A DNA stretch of 64,000 nt from Candidatus Multivoradales bacterium (GTDB lineage Bacteria > Acidobacteriota > Thermoanaerobaculia > Multivoradales > J023), in the NCBI GenBank assembly GCA_965248925.1, contig CBDFLE010000006.1, forward strand, positions 5,154,601-5,218,600, given 5' to 3'. Every line of letters begins with the position of its first letter. The first letter of the stretch is position 1. Below the pieces are notes generated by a model. It had not been told where the DNA came from. It ran no database searches and worked only from the letters and a program-made list of their open reading frames with translations. A program made the translations under genes and the position numbers. Below, in pieces: positions 47,529 through 56,800 of the stretch.

Positions 47529-47883
47529 TCATCTCGTTAACAGCTTCGCGAAACCAATCCCAGAAGCGCTGAAAGGACGCGTCAACCTCATAGCCCGGAG
47601 AAGCGAAATCATGAATGATTAGTACCGGGGCCTGCGAATTCCCAGAGTCATCAGCAACAAAGCACGCAATATCATCGCAATCCACGCGCCTCGCAAACGG
47701 CACGAGTACGCGCGACGGATATCGGCTTGCCAGCCCCTCTGTCAGTTGCAGGAACTCATCCTTCCGCAGAAAATACCACGGTTCCAGATTGAGTAGATCG
47801 AGCGCGACAACCCTTGCGTAGGCTTTGGGAACCGTGAAGTCTGTGTCCTTGAGCCGCTTTGGAAGATCTTCGTCCTTGAGCAC
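47503..47883 (-). CDS. Immunity protein (SUKH/SMI1-like) for the Rhs toxin
   Basis: Small, lower-GC gene directly downstream of the Rhs C-terminus. YPSR.LVPFARR.D.DDIACF..IIHDFAS...F..W pattern. Confidence 0.75.
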   Translation of the reverse strand: MLKDEDLPKRLKDTDFTVPKAYARVVALDLLNLEPWYFLRKDEFLQLTEGLASRYPSRVLVPFARRVDCDDIACFVADDSGNSQAPVLIIHDFASPGYEVDASFQRFWDWFREAVNEMIAWSESEG

Positions 47884-47898
47884 TGAGCACCTGGAAAA

Positions 47899-50800
47899 TC
47901 AGTTCGGCAATCTGGGTGTGCGTGACGTCCCGGTGGGCGGAAGAGGCGGTCGTTGTCTCCCCGTTCGATGGGCAAGAGCCTCGCCGAACGTCCGAGCATC
48001 TCCAAACCTGCCGATCATTTCGGGTGGTAGCCGCTCGCCTGGCGGACGTATTCGAACAGGTATCTCAAAGATACCAAGCTCTCGAGCAATTGCCACCCTT
48101 GTGTTGTCTAGTGTAACCAGTCCCTGTGGCGTCTCTACTACATCGATAGGTGGCCCATCGAAACCTCTCCGACTCATGCTCTCTCGAAGGGCCTGACCAC
48201 GGCCTCTCCCCCCTGCGGTTGTCTGACTGAAGCGGAGTTTATTCGGGTCGACCCTTGCTATCCCCTTGGTGAAACCACGCGCTGCTCTGGCGCCCGCTGG
48301 CAGATCAACAACATCATCAAGCAGCGCGACTCTAGCAGCCCTTCCGGCCAACCCTACTGCAGCGGTCTCACCAATGAGAACCTCCCCGCCGAGCTGGAAG
48401 ATACCAGCCATCGCTTCAGCCTGCTCCTTCTTGGTGCCGCCTCCACCTGCAAGGACTACTGTCTGGAGTCCTTTGATGACCAGACGGTCGGGCAGCTCAC
48501 TAGCTGCTTTGACGAAGCCATCCGGATCTTCGATGTAGCTCTGGAATGAGTCGGAAACTGTGGCCTTCGCGGCTTCCACGGCCTCTCTGAGTTCTTGCAT
48601 GGCCTCCTGGCCGACCTTGGTGTCAGGTGCTTGCGAGGCGGCCACAATATTGGTGGCGGTGTTGAACACCTCGGTAGTCGTCTGGCCAACGCCGATCAGA
48701 GCTGACAGGAAGGCAGTGTCGACGACTTCATCGTCCGTTGAGGTCTCATCGACGCTGTCCAGAACCTCTGTCCTGATCTTCTCCAATTGCTCAGCGGCGT
48801 TCTTCAGGAAGTTGGTGCGCCCATCGGGATCTACATAGACGGTCGGATTCTGGAAGGCATACAGATACCGATGCAGGCTAGGCGGATTCTGCAAATCGCC
48901 TTCGAGCGGGTCGCTGCTCAGGAACAGCCCAAGCTCCGGATCATAGAACCGCGCTTTGGCATAGATCAGCCCGGTTTCCTCATCGTGCTCATGGCCGGTG
49001 AAGCCGAAGGGGTTGGCGTCGGTTTCAACTGAGGCCCGCTTGTTGCCCCAGGCGTCCCAGCGATATCGACCGAGCAAGCTGCCGCCGGGGGTCATCAGCC
49101 CGACGACGCTGCCCAGCGTGTCGTGAAGGTAGTAGGCGCGGCCTTCTACGGGGTCATCGACGGAGAGCAAGCGATCTGGGCCGTAGTTGAATTTGGTGAT
49201 TCCGTCGCTGTCTTCTCGAGTCAGGACGCTTTGCTGATCGTAGACGTATCTCGCTTCACCTTCAGCAGTTAGCTTTTGGACTCTGAGGCCGGTGGCGTCG
49301 AATGCGTAGGTGCCTTGGATGACGCTGGCTTCGATGACCTGGGTGAGCTGATCGCGAGTGTCGTAGGTCAGCTGGGTTAGCTGGCTGTCTCTTGTTCGGG
49401 TTGACTGATTGCCGTTGGCATCGTGGGTGTAGGTGACGGTCTGGGTGGCGTCGAGTTGATCAGCTACGCTCGTCAATCGGTGGCGATTGTCGTAGGCGTA
49501 GAGGCGGTCGGTGATCGTCGTGGCGGCGTTGTCGACGGCCGATTCTGAGATGCGATTGCCTACCGCATCGTAGGTGGTGGTGACGGTTTTCTCGGGGTAG
49601 GCGACGGTGGCGAGGCGGTCTACTGGATCGAAGGCGTAGATGGTGGTTTCGGCTGGCTGGCTGGTGTGGGTCTCGATCTGCTCAGTGCGGTTGCCGTTGC
49701 GGTCGTACTGGTATTGGAAGCTGGAGATCAGGGCGGTGTTCTGGCGATGGTCCAAGTCCCTGATGCGGTTGGCGGGATCGTATTGCCAGGTGCTGGTGGT
49801 GCCGTTGGGATAGTCGATCTGGCTGAGCAGGCTGTTGGCGAGGTACTGATAGTCGGTGACTCCGCCGGGGGTGGTGACGGTGTCGACTCGGTTGAGGGCG
49901 TCGAAGGTGGTGGTGGTTGGGATGCCCGCCGGGTCAATGAGCAGGGTGCGGTTGCCGTTGAGATCGTAGCCGTGAATGAGGGTGTTGTCCCAGCGGTCGG
50001 TTCGGGTGGCTAGGCGATCAAAATCGTCCCAGGTCTGGGTGGTGGTGAGTTCCCCCGTTTGCGTGAAGTGTTCGGCGGTTTGGAGGTGGTTGCCGTTGGC
50101 GTCCCAGGTGGTGGTGATCTGCTCGAGGTCGTCGTCGGTGGAGGGGTCTTCTGGGTACTGAAGGGCTATTTCCCTATTCAGCGAGTCGTGGGTGCGGGTG
50201 AAGAGTTGGTTTTTGGCGTCTCGGTGTTGGGCGAGGTTGCCGTTTTCGTCGAACGTAAAGGTCTCGGTGGCGCCGTCGGCCTGGGTGATGGAGGTGCGGC
50301 GGTCTAGCTCGTCCCAAGTGTAGGTGGTGGGTTGGCTGGCGGCGTCGATCTGGGTGATGAGGTTGCCGTTTTGGTCGAGTTCGTAGGTGGTGAGATCGCC
50401 GTCGGGGTCTTCGACTTCGGTGAGGCGGTGGGCACCGTCGAAGCTGTAAGTCCAGGCGTTGCCCTCGGGGCGCAGCTTGCCGATGCGGTTGCCTTGTGAA
50501 TCGTAGGTGAAGGCTGTGGTTTCAGGTCGGTTGCCGGCGCCGAAGCGGGTGCTGGTGAGCTGGCGGCGGCGGAAGTCGAAGGTGGAATCGGTGAATCTGC
50601 CGGCTGGGTCTTGGCGGCGGATCACATCACCCATGGTGTCTAGGGTGTGGACTGTGGTGGCACTGAGGGGGCGGCGCTCGGTGATGATGAGCTGGCGTTC
50701 GTCATAGTCGAATTGGGCTAGGTTGCGGTTGGCATCCCAGATTTTCGTTCGGTTGCCGGCTGGGTCGTACTGGACTTGCTCGATGAGCAGGCTGGCGCGC

Positions 50801-53800
50801 AAGGTGTGGGTGCGGCGGTTCTCGGCGTCCCAGCGGTTCTCGGTGAGGATGCTTCGGGGGTCGATCTCAGTGAGCTGGTTGCCGGCGGCGTCGTGGGTCC
50901 AGGTGGTGAGGTAGCGGACCTCGGAGCCGTCGCTCAGGACGGGTGGTTCGAGCCGGGTAATTCGGCGGTTGATGTCGTCGTAGGTGAACTCGGTGGTGTT
51001 GCCTCGGCGGTCGGTTTCTGAGAGCAGGTTGCCGGCGTCGTCCCAGGTCATCTGGCGCAGGTAGTTGAAGGGGGCTGGCGAGAGTTCTTCGATCTGACGG
51101 TTGAGGGTGTCGAAGCGGGCGGTGGTGGCGTGGCCGCGGGGGTTAGTGGTGGCTAGGCGGTTGCCGGCGACATCGTAGGTTTGTAGGACGGTGCGGTCTT
51201 CGGGCAGATCCTGGCGGATCATGCGGCCGAGGCCGTCGAACTGGCTGAGGGTGACATTGCCGTTGGCGTCTTCTTGGCGGATGGGGAGGCTGCGAGCGTC
51301 GTAGCCGGTCTGGCTGAGCTGGCCTTCGCGATCGTTGCTAGTCAGACGGCGATTGAGCGGGTCGTAGGTGTGGGTGATGCGGTTCTGGTTGGGCTGGAGC
51401 TGCTCGATCAGGTTGCTAGAGGGATCGAAGGTGAATTCGGTGATGGCGTTGCCAGCGGCGAGCTTGACGGTGGTTTTGATGCGGCGGTTGCGTTCGTCGT
51501 ATTGGTGCTCGGTGCGGTGGCCGCGGCGGTCGATCTTGACAGTCAGATTTCCTGCCGGGTCGTATTCCATCGTCCGCAGCTCGCCGGTGGCGTCGAGCTG
51601 GCGGATCGGGCGGTTGAGGCGATCGTAGGTGGTCTCGCGGATCTGGTTTTCGGGCTCGTTGAAAAGCACCGTCTTGATCAGGTTGCCGTTGCCGTCCCAG
51701 AAACGTTGACTGACTCTCGGGGTGCCGGCTTTCCACTCGGGCTCGGTGCGCTCGATCTCGCGGTCGAGGGCGTCGAATGTGATCGTCGTCACTCGGCCGA
51801 GAGGGTCGGTGCTGTGGACGGGGTTGTTTTCCAGATCGAAGGCGATCTGGCCGGCGATGAAGCCGGCGTCGAGCAGGCGTCGGGTCTCGATGGGGCGGTT
51901 GAGCCGGTCGTAGTCGGTCTCGGTGACGCGGGGGGTGAAGCTCGGGTCGCCGCGGTCGGCGAGGGTCTGGCGCAGGACGTTGCCGGCTGGGTCTAGTTCT
52001 CGGTCTGTGGTGCGGCCCTCGGGCTGTTCGCGACGGATCAGGCGGCCGGCGTCGTCGTAAACCAGCAGGGTGTTGTGGCGGAGGGTGGTGGCGTCGAAGA
52101 CGGTGCTCTCTAGCGTTAGGTTGCCTTCTGGGTCGTACTCCATCTGCTGCTGACCGCCCTCGGCGTTGACGATCTCGATGGGCCGGCCTTCTAGATCGAA
52201 GCTGGTCCGGGTGGCGTGGCCACGGGGATCGATCTGGGTGCGGGTGCGGGCGATGTCGTCGTGCTGGATCTGCTCTACGCTGCCGTCGGCGAGGGTGCGC
52301 AGGATCAGGCGGTCTAGGTCGTCGTAGGCCAGCCGGGTGGTGTGGCTGTTGGGGTCGGTCTGACTGAGCTGGCGGCCTCGTGAATCGAAGGCGAAGGTGG
52401 TCAGGCCGTTTTCGCGGTCGCGCACGGTGGCCGGGTTGCCGAAAGTGTCCCAAGTGAAGGTGCTGGCGTGGCTGCGAGCATCGGTGGTGGTGCGGCGGTC
52501 GCCGTTTGAGTAGTAGGTGTGGCGGCTCTCGACGGTGGAGGCGGCGCCCTCGGCATCGATGACGGTGATGTGTTGGCGGGTCAGATTGCCCTGGGCGTCG
52601 TACTCAAATTGGGTGGTGTGGCCACGGCCGTCGGTGTGGCTCTTGAGGTGGTTTTTGATGCCTTCTGCGATAAAGGCTGAGGGCGGAAAGTAAGTGCTCA
52701 GGCGCTCGCGGGTGACCAGGGTGCCGGTCTCGTCGGTGACCTCGACGCGCTCGGTGGTCCGGTTGCCGTGCCGGTCGTACTCGAAGCTGGTGACGACCCC
52801 GTTTTGGTCGGTGCGGCTGAGCATCAGCACGTCGTCGGGGGTCCAGGTCTTGCGGGTGGTGTGGCCGAGGGGGTCGGTGATCACCAGCGGGTTGCCGTAG
52901 CGGTTGAGGCGGTAAGTGGTGGCCCGCTGGCGGCGATCGGTGACGGTGGTCTCTAGCTCTAGCGTGGCGGCGTTGCCGAGCAGCTGTTGATCGAAGTCGA
53001 AGGTGGTGACGCCGCCCTCGGGGTGGGTGATCGAGTCCACCAGCAGAGCATCGATCGCCAGCCCGGCTTCGATGGCCACGGCACCGCTCTGCCAGGTGTA
53101 CTGGGTGCTGGCGCCTGAGAGGCCATTGGTCGTCGAGGTCATCACCGGCCGCAGCTCCAGGCCGGCGTTGGGCTGGGTCTGGTAGGTGTAGCGCTCGATG
53201 CGACTCTGGTTGTCGCGCTGGGCGGTGATCAGGTTACCGAAACGGTCGTAATCGAAGCTCATCGCCAGGCCGCCAGGGCCGGTGATGTGCTCGATCACTG
53301 GCCCGTCCCAGGCGGCGAAGCTAGCCTGGCGGTAGTCGAAGACCAGGGCTCGGCCGCTGGAGTCGGTGACTTGACGCAGCAGGGGGCCATCGGCGCCGGC
53401 GATGTAGGTGAGGGTGGTGCGGTTGCCGTTGGGGTCTTCGGTCCAGGCCAAATGCCAGGTGCTGTCTTCCGAGAAGAGATAGTGGAAGCGGTTGCCGGAG
53501 GTGGTGAAGAAGTCGAAGCCGCCGTCAGCCGGGTCGGCCCGCAGGGTGCCGTGAGAGCCGCGCAGCGGGCGTAGTCCGCCCTGGCCATCGTCGACGAAAC
53601 GCAGGCCCGAGCCCTCGCCGCCGATCAAGATGGCCTCGCCGCAGGGGGTGATCACGACTCGCGACTGGTAGCGATGGTTCCAGCCCAGGCCGAAGGGGCC
53701 GCCGCTCGACACCGCCAGGCTCGAATAGGTGCGCCGCAGCGCCAGGCCGATGCCGCGGCCGGGGATTTCGAGATCGGTTCTACTGATGGTGAGGTGGCCA

Positions 53801-56800
53801 TCGAAAAGGTCGACACCGTGGACCAAGGTATGGCCGATGGGCAGTATTTCGGAGATGTCCCAGGCGGAACTCAGCCGGGCCTCGCGGACCTCCTCGTAGC
53901 CATCCACCGCGTCGATGCCGCGCAGCTCGATCAGGTAGTCGCCGGGGGGCAGGTCGGTGGGGCTGATCGGCTCGCCGTGCTCGCCGTCGGCAAACATCTC
54001 GGCTTCGATCAGGGTGATGGCGGCGGCGGTGTTGAGGCTGCCGTCGGTCTCGACGCTCTCGATCCGGCGGGCGATCAGGGTGACCTCGGCCGGGCGGTTG
54101 AGCTCAAAGCTGAAGAGGGTCGGCTGGGCGCAGCGTCGCTGGTTGAGCAGGTCGACATCCTGGCGCACCGCCAAGGCGCGGCTGTAGTCGGCGAAGAGCT
54201 GCTGCCCTAGGGGCACCGGCACGGGGTCGCCGCGTACTTCGATCGGAGTGTCGAGATTGAGCACCAGCTCGGCCTGCCACAGACCGTCGAGGCCCAGCTC
54301 AAGGCCGCGGGGCAGCTCGGCGAGACCTTCTCCAGCGATGCTCTGGCCGCGCAAGAGGTCGACCTGTTGGCCGTCGCGCAGCAGCTCGACGAAAGCACTA
54401 GTGGGCTGATACTCGGCCGGCGCGATCTGGTAGCTCACCGCGACCGGCTCAGCTGCGAGGCCGTCGTCGTCGAGGGGCACGACAGGCGGTTCGAAGCTGG
54501 TGATCTGAGCTTGCACCCCCCACAGACTGCCGATTTCTTGGTCGATGTTGGCGATCAGTCCGAGGGCAATGTCGAGCAGGCCGACGGCGAGGTAGTCCTC
54601 GGGGGTTTCGAGCACAGTGACTTCGCCATTGAAGTCGTCGAGGTAGGGACTCTTGGGCAGCACCGGTAGCAACACCCGAGCAGTGTGCAAGGCTGGGTCG
54701 AGGCCGGCTTGCAGCCGGCTCTCGAGGCGGCCGAGGAGGTTGTCGATCTGTGGCGGCGTGGTGGTGCCGGCGGGCAGCAGTTCAACCGCCAGCGGGTGAG
54801 TGTTGTCTTGGTAGAAATAGGCGGGTCGCCACTCGCCTCGTAGCTCGTTGCAGACCAGGAAGAACAGCGGTCCCCCTGGGCTGGGGTCGGCGATCCCTAT
54901 CCCCTGGCACTCGGGCACCCATTCGAGGGCCTCGAGTCCGACCGGTGGGTCGTAGACCTGGCCGGCTCGCACTGCCGAGCTGGGCTGGCCGGCGGCGTCG
55001 GCGAAGAACCCGAAAGTGCGCACGAAGCGCTGTGCCAGCGGCCCGCAGTGGTCGTGGTTGAGGCCCGTGTTGTTGATGAAGGAAATGCTGTACTCGTAAG
55101 ACAGCGGTGGCAAGGCGGCTGAACTGACGGTTGCCGGGTAGCTGGTAATGGCGCTGGGGCCGGCGATGAAACCGGCCGAGACCTGACCCGAGGAGGTCGT
55201 TCTCAGGGTCAAATCGGAGCTGCCGCAATCGCCGAAACGGGGCGTAGTGACCGGGCAGCCGGTGAAGCCACCGGTGATCGAGTCGATTGAGGCGTCGAAG
55301 AAGGCACCTGGGGTGGGGTCCGGCGGAGCGTTGGTGCAGGTGATGCCAGGGGCGACGAAGACGGTGTTGGTGAAAGCCACGTCTTGATTGGCCACTGGGT
55401 TGCCGTGCGGATCCTCGACGGCGATCGCCAGGGTGTCTTGCCACAGGCCGTGCAGCACGGTGAGGTCGGTGCCCTGGTTGTCGTCGCGGTTGGTGCGGCG
55501 CAGAGCCGCCGGATCCTGGGGGAAGGCGACCGAGGAAATCGGCTGGCGCAGCACCAGATTGCCGAGTCTGGAGCTGGCCACCGCCTCGACCACGTTCTCC
55601 AGCACTCGGGTTTGGAAGATGTCGCTGTCGAAGCGACGAAGGAAGAGGGGGTTAGCCGCGGTGTGCTTTCCTGAACGTAACTTGACGCGGGCCATTCCAC
55701 GGGCGTCGCTGCGTAGGGTGAGGCTGGTGGATTCTTGGTTCTGGGTGTCGAGCAGCCGGCCGTCGCCAGCCCAGATGTAGAAGGTGACTTCGGTGCCCTG
55801 GACCGGTCGGCCGGCCGCGTCGAGCACGCGCACCGCCAGAGGGTGACGATAGACCCTGTCGACGGTGCCGAGCTGGCTGTCAGTACCCTCGGCGACGAGT
55901 AGCTCGACGCCAGCGAGAGGATCGGTGTTGGGGGAGTCTGACATGGGCGCGGCCAGGGCATCGGCGAGGAAGCCCAGCAGCCAGTTCTCAGGCGCCTCGA
56001 CGGTGGCGCCACCGGCCAGGCCGCCGGAGAGGAAGTAGCCGGCCGTGCCGCTCTCTGGATCTTCGGCTCGCCATGTCGAGCCGGTCCAGGCACTGACGGA
56101 GATCGGCTGGCGGGGGATCTCGACCGTCAGCCCTTGGGCGATGAGGGCGACCACGTCGTCACGCACGGTTTGAGGGTGGTTCAGGCTGGGCAGCTCGGCG
56201 GTCAGATTGCCAGCGTCGAGGCGTAGCACCTCGATGCCCGAGTCGCGGGCCAGGGCCAGGCCCCTGTCGGCCGAGATTGCCGCGACCTGGAATTGTCCTT
56301 CGAAAATCGCCTGCTCCAGCGCCGAGCCTTCGAGCGCCGCCAGGCGCATCCAGTCGGCGGCGGTTTCGGTGGAGCCGTCACGAGCTGCGGGTTCAGCGAC
56401 GCGCAGCGCGGCGTCGAGGGTGACGCCTTCCCAGATCAACCGCTGCGGCACTCCCAGCAGTAATTCGGCGCGCAAGGAGTTGCTGGCGATGACCAGCGCC
56501 GGCAGCGGCCGTGCCGGGCTCACGGCTAAGAGGCCGCCAATCTCGGTCTCAGCGGCGTCCCAATCGGCACCATAGCTGTAGGCGAGGCCGCTCAGCAGGC
56601 GGGCGGCGAGCTGCTCGCCGTCGCCTGGGTCGTTGTCCGCCAGCTCGGTGGCCTGGAAGTGCTGACCGCCCACAGCGATGGCGTGATAGGCGCCTGATAG
56701 GACGATCTGGCTGATCTCTTGGCTGCCAAACGGCCCTTCGACTACTGCTTCGAAACGATGCAGCTTGGCGGCGTCCACCGGCTCGCCGACGGCGATGCGG

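Noticed and set aside
49000-53500. Strong periodicity and strand compositional bias
   Set aside because: Fully explained by Thr/Asp-rich YD repeats on the minus strand.
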